64,000 nt of DNA, from positions 6,812 to 70,811 of the forward strand of contig CAYXPQ010000001.1 of NCBI GenBank assembly GCA_964467225.1, read 5' to 3'. Positions within the stretch are counted from its first letter, which is position 1, and every line of letters begins with the position of its first letter. Origin of the DNA: an uncultured Candidatus Saccharibacteria bacterium (GTDB taxonomy: Bacteria; Patescibacteriota; Minisyncoccia; Phycocordibacterales; PALSA-1337). The notes beneath the pieces were generated by a model. It worked only from the letters and a program-made list of their open reading frames with translations. It had not been told where the DNA came from and did no database searches. The position numbers were made by a program, and so were the translations under genes. Shown here piece by piece: positions 10,330 through 20,829 of the stretch.

Positions 10330-10665
10330 ATGCTACCTCGTTTATTGAGGCTAAATATAGGCTTATTTAAGGAAATAATAGAAAAAGGAAGATTTTCCCA
10401 CGGAAAGTACTTCCTTTTTCGCTATGTTAAAAACGAAGGTATACCCCGTTTTGCTGTATCAGTATCTAAGAAAGTATCAAAAAGCGCAGTAGATAGAAAT
10501 AAAATCAGAAGAAGAGTTTATTGTTCAGTTAGAAAATTAATCAACGAAACCCAAGATGGTTACAAAATAATTATTTTTGTTAAATCAGGTATAGAAAAGT
10601 TAAATATAGAAGAAATTTCAAAAGAAATTGAATCAGACTTTGTTAAAAACGGTTTTTTAAAGTAA
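10330..10665 (+). CDS. rnpA: ribonuclease P protein component
   Basis: SVSKKVSKSAVDRNKIRRR RNR-like motif; synteny. Confidence 0.93.
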   Translation: MLPRLLRLNIGLFKEIIEKGRFSHGKYFLFRYVKNEGIPRFAVSVSKKVSKSAVDRNKIRRRVYCSVRKLINETQDGYKIIIFVKSGIEKLNIEEISKEIESDFVKNGFLK

Positions 10666-10675
10666 AATTACCTTC

Positions 10676-11401
10676 ATGATTTCATATATATACAATAATT
10701 TAATTTTTAACCCACTTTATAACGGCCTTATTTATTTAATAGATGTAATTCCAGGAATTGATGCAGGAATTGCTGTTATTATATTTACAATTATTGTTAG
10801 GTTAATTCTCTTCCCTATTTCAAAAAAAGCTGTGGTTACCCAAGTTAAAATGAAAGAAATAGAGCCTGAATTAAATAGAATAAAGAAAGAAATACCGGAT
10901 AGACAACAACAAGCTCTGGCTGTTATGGATTTATACAAGAGAAAGGGAGTAAATCCTTTTGCAAGCTTTCTTTTTTTGTTTCTTCAACTACCTATTATCT
11001 GGGCATTATATAAAATCTTCATGTCATCAGGTTTGCCTGCCGTGAAAGAATCTCTACTATATGGTTTTGTTAAAGCCCCTGTTATTGATATGAATTTTCT
11101 TGGAATAGTTGATATAGGTTCTAAGAGTATTACTTTGGCTGTTATTGCGGCAATTGCACAATATCTACAGCTACACTTCTCTCTTTCTGCTTCTGGTCAA
11201 CCTAACAAATCTGGCGATCCAGCTATGGATATGGCACAAAACATGATGAAGAATATGAAATATATTTTTCCAGTTATGGTCTTCTTTATTTCATACAAAA
11301 TTGCAGCGGTAGTAGCCTTGTATTGGACTGTAAGTAGTTTATTTACACTCGGTCAAGAAATAGTAGTTAGAAAGCATTTAAAGAATCATCAACCTCTTTA
11401 A
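10676..11401 (+). CDS. yidC: YidC/Oxa1 membrane insertase
   Basis: FTIIVRLILFP, LYKRKGVNPF, LQLPI, ALYWTVS; synteny. Confidence 0.94.
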   Translation: MISYIYNNLIFNPLYNGLIYLIDVIPGIDAGIAVIIFTIIVRLILFPISKKAVVTQVKMKEIEPELNRIKKEIPDRQQQALAVMDLYKRKGVNPFASFLFLFLQLPIIWALYKIFMSSGLPAVKESLLYGFVKAPVIDMNFLGIVDIGSKSITLAVIAAIAQYLQLHFSLSASGQPNKSGDPAMDMAQNMMKNMKYIFPVMVFFISYKIAAVVALYWTVSSLFTLGQEIVVRKHLKNHQPL

Positions 11402-11402
11402 T

Positions 11403-12698
11403 TTATTGATTTAGATCTAACATCCAAAGACTTAAATCTCTTTTGTTTATGAAGTACAAGTAATTTTCTTTCGGATCTAGTGTAAGATCTGTAATATCTA
11501 TCAAAGATTTTGAGAGATTTATAGGATTAGCTAGAAGGTGGACTTCCCCATTTAATACATTTAGTACCCAAATTTGATCTGTAAAAGATACTAAGCCTTT
11601 ATACCAATCTTCAGGATATGATGCTTCTGGAATTTCGGTCGGAACAGCACAATATACTTCATTTTTTCTTAGTTTACTCCAAACACATTTGTCGGCAAGA
11701 GTCTTGAATATGACTTCAGTGCTTGTTCCGTTAGAAATATTTAGTATTTGAGTTTCAATGCCGTTTGTTCCTCTTGAATATAAGAGATATTTACTATCGT
11801 TACTCATCTTTGAGGACAGACCTCTTACAGGCCCTAAGATTTTTTTCATTTCTGCGGTTTTGGTATTTATAGAATATGTATATCCATTTATGGTTGAATT
11901 ACCTTTGGTTGTTAGGGTAACGGTAGATAATTCTGGCCAATCAATATTAACTTGAGTAAGTGGAGTGTCCACAATTTTGGTTCTTGTTTTCTCATCAAAA
12001 GTTGAAATGTTACCTACTCCCCTTCCACTCTCAATCGTCCAAGTAAAAATCTGTTCCCCAGAAGGAGAAACAGAAACACTATCAAAGTTAGACAAATATT
12101 TACCTTTTATTTCAAATGGGGTTGTTGAAGTCGCCATTGATGCAGGAACCTTTCTAACTTCAGCATAAAAATTAGTAATGGTCTCAGTACCATCTTTTAA
12201 ATATCTTAGTACACTAGCAGTCAGGTTTTTGTTCCAGTATGCTTCATATATTTTTGGCAGTGTTGTATTGGATATTTTCTCAATATCTGTAGTTATGTTG
12301 TTTGCTTGATAGACATGACCAGTTCCCCTATCAATATACCTTAACAAAGTAACTTCTATGGATGTTGTGGAAGTTGGAGAGGTTTTGATTTTTGTTGTAC
12401 TAGCAAACATCCCTGCTACAGGCTCTGAGCTAATTAATCTTAATTTAGGCATGGACACTGCTGGATTTGTGTAATCAACTACAATATTTGTGGTGGTTGT
12501 AGAAATATCTATATTATTGTTATTATTTTTTGGGATGTTGTCTGTATTAAGGGGTGTAAAGCCAGATTTGGTATCAGTGTTGTTGGGTGTGTTATTAGTT
12601 ACCACACTGGTATCCTTAAAAAATAACCAATAATATACTCCACCGGCAATTATGGCTATGAAGATTAGAATAATAATTATTAATGTTGATTTTTTCAT
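11403..12698 (-). CDS. membrane-anchored exported protein, likely beta-propeller
   Basis: N-terminal TM, N/T-rich linker, repeated beta-rich S-P-x-G/W-S motifs; last gene of the T4SS-like cluster. Confidence 0.7.
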   Translation of the reverse strand: MKKSTLIIIILIFIAIIAGGVYYWLFFKDTSVVTNNTPNNTDTKSGFTPLNTDNIPKNNNNNIDISTTTTNIVVDYTNPAVSMPKLRLISSEPVAGMFASTTKIKTSPTSTTSIEVTLLRYIDRGTGHVYQANNITTDIEKISNTTLPKIYEAYWNKNLTASVLRYLKDGTETITNFYAEVRKVPASMATSTTPFEIKGKYLSNFDSVSVSPSGEQIFTWTIESGRGVGNISTFDEKTRTKIVDTPLTQVNIDWPELSTVTLTTKGNSTINGYTYSINTKTAEMKKILGPVRGLSSKMSNDSKYLLYSRGTNGIETQILNISNGTSTEVIFKTLADKCVWSKLRKNEVYCAVPTEIPEASYPEDWYKGLVSFTDQIWVLNVLNGEVHLLANPINLSKSLIDITDLTLDPKENYLYFINKRDLSLWMLDLNQ

Positions 12699-12699
12699 G

Positions 12700-13842
12700 C
12701 TACTTTATAATTTTAGATGACTTTTCTAGATAGTCTCGAAGATAAGCAATTCTGAGTTCGAGTATATTTTTATATTGTTCTTCAAGTCTTGGATCGGTTG
12801 AATATGAGGCATATTCTTTCTCGTATGATACTAGTCTTTTTGATACCGCATCCCTACTTTTTGCTGTTTGATCTTGATATGATTTATCAACTTCTTTGAT
12901 CATTTCTCCCTCTTCTCTTAATTGATCAACATAAAAGACTCTATCTGTTCTTAATATTGAAACACCCTCGGTATTATTACTTTTCAACATTTCTTCTATG
13001 TATTTATCATAAAACTTGTTTACTTCTTCAATTTTTTTATCAACTAATGACCAATCGGGATTTGTGGCTCCATACCAATTTGTTTCAGGACTCACTCTCA
13101 AATCAATAGCTAGATTCTTAATACTATTTCTGCCTAGGGTTCCTGTTATTTCTCTAGAAATTTCAATATTCTTTTTTCTAATGGTTTCTTGCTCAATAGC
13201 CTTCTGTATTTGATATTCCTCCTCATCTATTTCTCCGCTTTTTAGTTTGTTCTCGGCAACAGCTAACTTCTCTTGGGCTGCTGACTTTTGAGCGTTTGCA
13301 TCATTAACTTTTTTTATTGCATCTGCATTTACTTTTGCTAGATTTTCTGTGGCACTTAATTTAGCGAAATCTTCAGCGACATTTTTGCCAAAATTTAGTG
13401 TTTCTGTGTCTGCTTTAAAATTCACTGGAGGGATCTCTGTATAAATTTGAACTAATCGCGGATCTATAATCCTAAGAATTAAATATGATGAAAATACTAG
13501 TAACAGACCCGTAATCGCACTTCTTATTCTTTTTTTAGCATCAAGTTTGGTTGGCAAAGCTTCGGCCAACATATATTCAAATCCTGCGTATATAATTACA
13601 ACAATAGCTAGAAAAACAGCTAATGCAATTGAAAATTTAAATACATATCCTACATAATCCTGAAAACTTATTTCTGTCTGCAAGGTACCTTCTGTACAAT
13701 TCCCTACTCCACTTACGCATGGCAGTGGCTCAAGCAAGGTATATTTGTCTACCGCCAAGACAGTTTGGGCTTGGATGGAAAATGCTAATATAAATATTAT
13801 AAATAATAGTTTTTTCATTTTAGAAAGTTGTGTTCTGTTCAT
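12700..13842 (-). CDS. pilin-like (VirB2/TrbC-like) N-terminal domain fused to long charged helical tail
   Basis: Signal peptide, LLEPLP, two TM hairpin AVFLAIVVIIYAGFEYM...AKKRIRSAITGLLL...IDPRL. Confidence 0.65.
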   Translation of the reverse strand: MNRTQLSKMKKLLFIIFILAFSIQAQTVLAVDKYTLLEPLPCVSGVGNCTEGTLQTEISFQDYVGYVFKFSIALAVFLAIVVIIYAGFEYMLAEALPTKLDAKKRIRSAITGLLLVFSSYLILRIIDPRLVQIYTEIPPVNFKADTETLNFGKNVAEDFAKLSATENLAKVNADAIKKVNDANAQKSAAQEKLAVAENKLKSGEIDEEEYQIQKAIEQETIRKKNIEISREITGTLGRNSIKNLAIDLRVSPETNWYGATNPDWSLVDKKIEEVNKFYDKYIEEMLKSNNTEGVSILRTDRVFYVDQLREEGEMIKEVDKSYQDQTAKSRDAVSKRLVSYEKEYASYSTDPRLEEQYKNILELRIAYLRDYLEKSSKIIK

Positions 13843-14839
13843 TGTCTTCTTTCTTTTTGAAGTTAATCATTATTGATGATTGAGCTCTTTCAAGTATATC
13901 ATTTTCATGTCTGACTTCTATGTTTATATTTGAACTTCCATCTATATCCCCTTTTGGTCTCAAAATTATGCTTTGATTTTTTGTTAATTCAGGTTGTTCT
14001 ATATTATTTATTGACCAAAGATAGCTTATTTTGTTGTTTTTTGTATTGAAATTAAAACCAAACGGTGCCGCCATTATATTTAATTCTGCATTATTCATTG
14101 TATGAATATTTACAAGGGATTTGTTTAGTAATATTCCGTATAGAGGACTAATTTCATAAAATCCTATACTTGGTTCAACGGGCTCAATTCTTACAAATGA
14201 ATTCGCTTCTTCTCTCTGGTCTCTTGTATAAACGTCAACTGATATATCAAGAGGTTTTGGTATTTCGCTAGCTTTGATCTCTATACTTTGAACACCGTAA
14301 CCTGTACCATTTTCTATGTCCTTACCACCCATTTTCCATCTATATACTAGATTCTTGGGATCAACTTCTTTGATACCATCTGATGATAGATGAGGAATTG
14401 CTATTAGTTTTATCCAATTCTCATAAACAAAAGGATTTTTACCTTTATAAAAAGGTGGAGTATATGATCTACTTGCTTCCCATACAATATCAACTGATCC
14501 AGATTTTAAAGTGATTGATTTTCTAACTTCCTTTCCATTATTGGCACTGATTATGGCTAAGACTGTAGTTCTTTTGCCAATATTGGGTGATTTTGTTGTT
14601 ATTTTTTTGATACCTACTCCTCTTGCTACTTCTTTGCCATCAACTAACCATATTACTGATGAAGAATTTAAATCAATTAAATAACTTTCTATAGTTATAG
14701 TAACAATTTCGTTCGGTGCAGGTTTCTCAGGAGTGCTAGAGATTATCACCCCATCAATTGGTGCTTGATATTGAGCCTTTGCAATTCCAAATGTTACAAA
14801 AAATAGTGATACAAAAAATAACAAAAGAAGTTTTTTCAT
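13820..14839 (-). CDS. secreted protein with tandem Ig-like domains
   Basis: Signal peptide; repeated W motifs (IWLVDGK, YRWKMGG, YLWSINN). Confidence 0.65.
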   Translation of the reverse strand: MKKLLLLFFVSLFFVTFGIAKAQYQAPIDGVIISSTPEKPAPNEIVTITIESYLIDLNSSSVIWLVDGKEVARGVGIKKITTKSPNIGKRTTVLAIISANNGKEVRKSITLKSGSVDIVWEASRSYTPPFYKGKNPFVYENWIKLIAIPHLSSDGIKEVDPKNLVYRWKMGGKDIENGTGYGVQSIEIKASEIPKPLDISVDVYTRDQREEANSFVRIEPVEPSIGFYEISPLYGILLNKSLVNIHTMNNAELNIMAAPFGFNFNTKNNKISYLWSINNIEQPELTKNQSIILRPKGDIDGSSNINIEVRHENDILERAQSSIMINFKKKEDNEQNTTF

Positions 14840-14858
14840 TTATTATATTTTAACACAT

Positions 14859-15269
14859 TTAATTTTTATTTGGATATCTTATTCCCTGTTGCGTATTGAA
14901 CTTTGGAGGTCTTAGTCGTGGTGGTGTGGTTCCTGGTGTTTTAGTGACTGATGATAGAGATATTCCAGTCTTTTCTTCTAATCTGATCATTATAATAACC
15001 AAAATCATACCCAGAGTTACTGATGGTAACCATTGAAGTATGGGTATTAATTCTATTAAGGTAGAAATAATTCCTGAAGCGAGTCTTCTGGCATTAACAA
15101 TACCCAAACCAACATACCAAAAATAAATATTAATACAGATCCAAAATCCAGGTCCTAGAATACTTCCTAGTAAAGGAATTAATGATAATAAATCCACTAA
15201 TATAGCAACAAAAATCAAGATAAATGCAGTTATTGTGCCTATTTTATGTGCGGGTCTGTTATCTTCCAT
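14859..15269 (-). CDS. small integral membrane protein
   Basis: 3-4 hydrophobic segments; ELIPILQWLP. Confidence 0.7.
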   Translation of the reverse strand: MEDNRPAHKIGTITAFILIFVAILVDLLSLIPLLGSILGPGFWICINIYFWYVGLGIVNARRLASGIISTLIELIPILQWLPSVTLGMILVIIMIRLEEKTGISLSSVTKTPGTTPPRLRPPKFNTQQGIRYPNKN

Positions 15270-15280
15270 TTTACTTTTGA

Positions 15281-17095
15281 TTATTGAGCAGAAGAAGCCA
15301 ACTCATCCTTTGCTCTCTTTATGGACAATACCTGTTCTGGATTTGTTGTAATTATTTGGTCTTCTGTATATGAAGCTACTACTTTGATTGCTACGTGTTT
15401 TAGTCCTACGAAGAATATTCCCTCCCCCACATCTGATTCTAATAGTAGATATTTCTCCTCATCAGTTAGGTTGAATGTTTTCTGTACATTATCTATTGAT
15501 GATGGAGATTGTTTCAATAGAATTTGTATTGATGAGTTGGTAATAATTGGCAAACCATAAGGAGATTTAAGGAAATCATCAACGTCCTGTGTAATAGTTG
15601 CTAGTCCTAAATAATACTTTCTTCCTCTCTTGGCTAAACCAAGCAAGAAAGAAGCTGTGTCTTCTGATTTCATCATCCACCATGCCTCATCTATTACCAA
15701 GAGGCGCTTTTTTAGCTGTTTTCTAATAGCATTCCATATATAGTGGGTGACTATATACATTGCGACTGGTTTCAATTCATCTTCCATGTCTCTCAAAGAG
15801 AATACTACGAACTTTTTATTTATATCAACATTTGATGGTCTATTAATAAATCCAGCCCATGTTCCCTTTGTGTATTTAGTCAATCTCTCAACTAGTGATT
15901 CTGCCCCCTCCATTCCAGCAAGTACAAGCTCGAAATCAGAAAGTAATGGTGGCTCAACATTTCTAAAATCCGATTCAGCCGTAATATCTTTCAAGGCGTA
16001 AGTCTCTGTAATTGCTCTATCAATAATAGAATCTTCCTCTTGTGATAATCCACCAAGCATTATTCTGAAAAGTCCAACAAGATTAATTATGTTAGATCTC
16101 AAGACATCTGCAGCACTTTCATCTTCTCTTGGCACCGGTAAATCAAATGGATTAATATGATGCTCCGAATTCAAAGAAATATTAAAATACTTGCCACCAG
16201 TTGCTTCTGCCATATATTCATATTCCTTTTCTGGATCAATGACGATAACTTCGGTATCAAACATCAGTGTTCTAAGTATTTCTAATTTTGTACAGTAGGA
16301 CTTACCAGATCCAGCCTTGGCAAAAGTTACTGAATTGTAGTTTTCAAGTAGGAATCTATCAAAAAGAACCAAAGAAGAGTTGTGTCTGTTGATTCCATAC
16401 AAAATACCCTTATCTGATGTCAGGTCAAATGAAACGAATGGAAATAAACTGGATAATGGTGAAGAATTAAGCTTGGAATGAACCATTAGCTCATCTGTAC
16501 CTATTGGCAACACACTCTTGTAACCACTTTCCTGCTGGAACAAGGCGGGCTTTAAATAAACAAGTTTTGATTCTAGAACTGATTTTATTTCTGATTCTAG
16601 TTTATCTAATTCATTTTCATTATCTCCAAAAATTGTTATATAAACTCCAACATCAAATAATTTCTCTTGGGCTTGCATAAGATTATCTCTCAGTGCCTCG
16701 AGGTCTTGGTAAGCAGTATCCAGCATTGGATCACGAACCAAACCCTTATCTTCTCTTGTTGATATTTGGCTTTGAACTTCAGCAACTTTCTTTTGGAAAT
16801 GTCTAAGAATTTTTGCTGTGTCTATGGGGTGTATAAAAATTGAAATATTAAATATCTTATCCAAATTTATAATCGGAGCGAACCAGCTTTCTGAAAGAAA
16901 TCGGGGGTATGATATGACAAAAAATGTCCTAGCAACTTTCTCACCCAAATTTAATTCCTTTGGACTGATTTTTAATGCGGAGGGAGCAATTATATCTTTT
17001 AATTCCAAAACTCCAGCCTCATATATCTCTTGAGGCATTAGTGAAACAACAGGTGTTTCTTCTTTTCTACCAAACATTTTTGAAAATATACCCAT
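15281..17095 (-). CDS. VirB4-like T4SS ATPase
   Basis: AKAGSGKS Walker A, VIDPEKEY, INPFD, LLVIDEAW Walker B, RGRKY...TQ. Confidence 0.92.
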   Translation of the reverse strand: MGIFSKMFGRKEETPVVSLMPQEIYEAGVLELKDIIAPSALKISPKELNLGEKVARTFFVISYPRFLSESWFAPIINLDKIFNISIFIHPIDTAKILRHFQKKVAEVQSQISTREDKGLVRDPMLDTAYQDLEALRDNLMQAQEKLFDVGVYITIFGDNENELDKLESEIKSVLESKLVYLKPALFQQESGYKSVLPIGTDELMVHSKLNSSPLSSLFPFVSFDLTSDKGILYGINRHNSSLVLFDRFLLENYNSVTFAKAGSGKSYCTKLEILRTLMFDTEVIVIDPEKEYEYMAEATGGKYFNISLNSEHHINPFDLPVPREDESAADVLRSNIINLVGLFRIMLGGLSQEEDSIIDRAITETYALKDITAESDFRNVEPPLLSDFELVLAGMEGAESLVERLTKYTKGTWAGFINRPSNVDINKKFVVFSLRDMEDELKPVAMYIVTHYIWNAIRKQLKKRLLVIDEAWWMMKSEDTASFLLGLAKRGRKYYLGLATITQDVDDFLKSPYGLPIITNSSIQILLKQSPSSIDNVQKTFNLTDEEKYLLLESDVGEGIFFVGLKHVAIKVVASYTEDQIITTNPEQVLSIKRAKDELASSAQ

Positions 17096-17102
17096 AATTA
17101 TT

Positions 17103-17735
17103 TTAGTTTATTTGAATAGGCTTCTCTGTTTCTCCGGGATTGAATATTTTGTAATATAATTCTACCACTTCTTCTGTTCCTAATTCAGCAACACGTATTC
17201 CACATCTTACCAATCCTTGCTCAACAACACCCACTCTTTGTTCGAGTTGGCTTCGGTATTCCTCGAATTGTTCATTTGCAAGAACTTTGCTGTCTGTTCC
17301 CTTTTTCATTATTGAACTAATTGGATTTTTGCTAGCTGTTAAGACTGGAGGAGTATATGGAATTATAATAAAAAAGCTTTTGGTCATTATGCTTGAATTC
17401 TCGACAAAGGTTCTAATAAATTCTATGTATTCTCTTGTCTGTATTTTCATTAACTCTGCTACTTGTTCTTTATATCTTTCTTCAAGCAAGGCAATATATG
17501 GCCTAATATCAAGTCTTTTGGATTGTATGAATATTTGTACTGAGAAATCAAGAGAGTTTAGAAAATTTTGAAATTGGGATATTATCGCATTTTGTTCATC
17601 AGAAGATTTGAGGGCAAAGTTTAAGGAGGATGCCAATACTATAGATCTCATTGATCCATCCTTCAATACTACAATTCCGTCTCTAATCTCTTGAATTGGT
17701 ACGAAATCTTGGGTTGTTTTGGTGTTTTGAGCCAT
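17103..17735 (-). CDS. VirB4 N-terminal-like / TraC-like protein
   Basis: FVPIQEIRDGIVVLKDG, NFALKS, FLNSLDFSVQI; between PrgI-like and VirB4 genes. Confidence 0.7.
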   Translation of the reverse strand: MAQNTKTTQDFVPIQEIRDGIVVLKDGSMRSIVLASSLNFALKSSDEQNAIISQFQNFLNSLDFSVQIFIQSKRLDIRPYIALLEERYKEQVAELMKIQTREYIEFIRTFVENSSIMTKSFFIIIPYTPPVLTASKNPISSIMKKGTDSKVLANEQFEEYRSQLEQRVGVVEQGLVRCGIRVAELGTEEVVELYYKIFNPGETEKPIQIN

Positions 17736-17737
17736 GA

Positions 17738-18166
17738 TTATTTTTGATTTTTATTTGTGTACATGCTTTCTTTTATATCCAAACTCCATGTAAGATCTTT
17801 AAGCTTACTATCAGAAATCTTGGGAACCATAACAGATGCGTATTGTTTGGCTTCCTGAGCAACGTTTGTTGGAACTTTTTTGTCTACTTTTTTCCAAATA
17901 TATAATTTCGATGAAGTAAAATATTTAAATGCCCACTCGACCACATCAATAAATGGAAAACGTTTGTATAGTTTTCCAAATGATAACGCGATTGAGAAGG
18001 ACATAACTAACATTATAGGTACAATGGAAATTATTAATGATGGAATAAATCTATATATAGCAAATGAAATTCCTGCTCCTCCTGCTAGATACACGAATTG
18101 TCGTATTGTTAATTCACCAACTATTTTGTCCTCAACTTCAATAAATTGTGGAACTTGATACCTCAT
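17738..18166 (-). CDS. PrgI family protein (VirB3-like)
   Basis: YQVPQFIEVEDKIVGELTIRQF followed by two TMs. Confidence 0.85.
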   Translation of the reverse strand: MRYQVPQFIEVEDKIVGELTIRQFVYLAGGAGISFAIYRFIPSLIISIVPIMLVMSFSIALSFGKLYKRFPFIDVVEWAFKYFTSSKLYIWKKVDKKVPTNVAQEAKQYASVMVPKISDSKLKDLTWSLDIKESMYTNKNQK

Positions 18167-18195
18167 GCACTTATTATAACATAGGGATTTTTATC

Positions 18196-18879
18196 TTATG
18201 CGAATGGTTCCCTATATGGGTCCACTGTGTATGGTTTTGGTGGTTGATTTTCTTTTTTATCAACAATTGTTTTTTTCTTGGGAGCAATTTCTACTACTTT
18301 TTTCTCTTCGACTTTCTGTGCATTGTTTATCGGGGTTGTTAATAGATGGTCAATCATTGTTGGATGCTGAGCATCTTCTATTTCTTTCAATATAGCTTCC
18401 CTATCTAGGTTGGTGTCATTATATTGAGGCGAACTTGAAGGTGGGGCTTTTGGTTCAATATGGAACTGCCCTTCTTGCTCAAGTTTCGTAGGACCAAAGT
18501 TTTGTTTTTGAATTTGTTGGGATGTGGGTGGTGGGGGTGGGGTGGGTACCGATAAGGGTTTATTGGAATCTGATAAGAATTGATTATCGATACTGCTTTG
18601 TTGTTTGTCCTGAATTTTGGATTGTATTGGTTTTAGTATTAATGTGTTAACATCAGCTACAATTTTGCTTGATAATTCATTATTAATTTCTAGCCTTTTA
18701 TTTATGTTGTTTTGAAAATCATTTGCATGGGTAAAACCCATTATTACATCTTGAATTTCCGCTGCTAATTCATCCTGTAAATCAAGCATTAAGTTGTATT
18801 TTCCAGCAATCAATGAAATATTTTTATATGTTTCATTTGAATATGCTATTTCTTTAATGTAATTTTTTAGTTGATCCAT
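18196..18879 (-). CDS. hypothetical protein, Pro-rich linker, C-terminal DPYREP motif
   Basis: 227-aa ORF co-oriented in cluster. Confidence 0.75.
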   Translation of the reverse strand: MDQLKNYIKEIAYSNETYKNISLIAGKYNLMLDLQDELAAEIQDVIMGFTHANDFQNNINKRLEINNELSSKIVADVNTLILKPIQSKIQDKQQSSIDNQFLSDSNKPLSVPTPPPPPTSQQIQKQNFGPTKLEQEGQFHIEPKAPPSSSPQYNDTNLDREAILKEIEDAQHPTMIDHLLTTPINNAQKVEEKKVVEIAPKKKTIVDKKENQPPKPYTVDPYREPFA

Positions 18880-18886
18880 AATAATT

Positions 18887-20827
18887 TTAGGTTATCCATG
18901 CATCTTTGTTATCATTAATAAATTTATTGGCCTGATGATTTTTATTGAATTTACCAGTCCAATAATATATTGAGTCTCCTATTTGTTTTCTTAATACATC
19001 ATCCATTCCATCCATATCTTTTAATTGACTAGCTCTCATGTGGGTAATCAAATCATCACTAATTGGTGTTCCTTGAGGTGTATTATTTTCAATATATCTC
19101 TGTAAGTCAGAACCTGTCATATTTTTCATAATTAATTTAATTTCATCATGATTTCCTGAACTGACTGCGTTTGATAAGGCCTTTTCTCTTGATTCAATTA
19201 TCTTTACTTTATCAGCATCTGATCTATCACTTTTATCTATTGCTGAATAAACATTGCTTGGTATAAATGGAATAACATTTTTATCCATCAGCTTATTTTT
19301 ATCTAACGAAGAAATTTCAGAATTAGATAGACCTTCAAATAATTTTTTAATTTCTGCACGATTAGATGTTTTTATAGCATTTTCAAGCTGATTAGTCTTA
19401 TCGGTATTTCTTTTTAATGTGCTAATAATCTTTGCTCTTGCTTTATCCTCATTCTCCACATCAGCTAGGCTTTGTTTTGAACCAAATTTACTATTTTCAT
19501 ATTGATTCAGCTTTCCTCTTACTGCCTGGCTTATACCAAGATTTCTCAATACTGAACTAGTTCTTCTTCCCAGTTCAGAACCTTGTGCACTTGCTGCCAT
19601 TGTGTCAAATTTTTCTCCAGCCCATCTCGCACTTCTTCCCACAGTATTTCTACCTATCACACCACTAACCATACCACTCACCCACTTCTGGGCTGTAACT
19701 CCCCATTTAGCACTATCGCCCCCAAGTTTAATGGCAGCAATTAAGGGGGCTAACATTACAAAATATGCAATAGTATATTGAAGGACCAGACCAACTGTTG
19801 CCATCATAAAATTATTTTTGCTACTAGCGGTTCTTGCAGCATCAAGTTGGCTAAAGAAACCCATACCATCTACTCCTGTTAGAAATTTTACTGATACATA
19901 CATCAACAATAGGTAAACTGGCATAAAGATCAATTGACCTATAAGCAAGCTACGCCATTTGCCTGAAATATTAGATTCGATCTGAGGGAAGATCATTCCA
20001 ACAAAATACACTGGTGAGAATCCCATTAATAATAACAAAATAACGATTCTAATTATGAAAGCAATAGCTGCTGCTAGTATACTTCCAGCGGCAAGTAATA
20101 TAAGAATACTACCTCCAACTGTGGCTATAATAATATGAAAGAAATCTGTCTCTGCAACTCCAGTTACAAATCCTTTGGGATTATTGTATAGGCTGGGAAG
20201 TTTTAAATTCTGCATGAATATATTAGACAATCCATTCTCTGCAGTTGGGGTTGCTGAACCAAGGATTGAAGAAATGCTATTTTTGTCTATTGTTGCAGAA
20301 TTTGGAACTAATGCTCTATAGAACTGTAATGATACCAAGTTTGAAGCGTCTATCAGTGTTTTGGTAAAAAATAGACTAAAGTTTATAAGGATTCCTGCCA
20401 TTATTATGTTTTTTATCAAAGTTGACGCGCTAGTTTTGGCTGCATCTAGAATGGTGAGTATAGAAGTGTAAATTAGAGCAAATATAATAAACATACTTGA
20501 AAGATTCCTTATAACTAGCCATATCTGGTCTATAGCAGGAGTAGCTTCATACAAGGCTTTTATATTGAGTGTGAGTACTATGGCAATATTCAATACCATA
20601 CCAGAAACACTCAAGAACCAGGCAGATGCTGAGAGTACTAACTCCCCCACATAAGCCACTATACCTTTGAAAACTGAACCGAAAGAAAATTCTTTAACAC
20701 ACAGACCAGGGTTAAAAAGACAAGCAATATCAACAGCACCAGCTTGTGCGGGAATAGGATGGAAGGCTACACTTACCACCGTAAGCAACAATATTATTAC
20801 TAGAATTGTGTTAAGTATTCTTCTCAT
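18887..20827 (-). CDS. VirB6/TrbL-like polytopic membrane protein
   Basis: About 7 TMs; WLVIRNLSS, LINFSLFF, RIVILLLLMGFSP; soluble C-terminal tail. Confidence 0.75.
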   Translation of the reverse strand: MRRILNTILVIILLLTVVSVAFHPIPAQAGAVDIACLFNPGLCVKEFSFGSVFKGIVAYVGELVLSASAWFLSVSGMVLNIAIVLTLNIKALYEATPAIDQIWLVIRNLSSMFIIFALIYTSILTILDAAKTSASTLIKNIIMAGILINFSLFFTKTLIDASNLVSLQFYRALVPNSATIDKNSISSILGSATPTAENGLSNIFMQNLKLPSLYNNPKGFVTGVAETDFFHIIIATVGGSILILLAAGSILAAAIAFIIRIVILLLLMGFSPVYFVGMIFPQIESNISGKWRSLLIGQLIFMPVYLLLMYVSVKFLTGVDGMGFFSQLDAARTASSKNNFMMATVGLVLQYTIAYFVMLAPLIAAIKLGGDSAKWGVTAQKWVSGMVSGVIGRNTVGRSARWAGEKFDTMAASAQGSELGRRTSSVLRNLGISQAVRGKLNQYENSKFGSKQSLADVENEDKARAKIISTLKRNTDKTNQLENAIKTSNRAEIKKLFEGLSNSEISSLDKNKLMDKNVIPFIPSNVYSAIDKSDRSDADKVKIIESREKALSNAVSSGNHDEIKLIMKNMTGSDLQRYIENNTPQGTPISDDLITHMRASQLKDMDGMDDVLRKQIGDSIYYWTGKFNKNHQANKFINDNKDAWIT

Positions 20828-20829
20828 AA

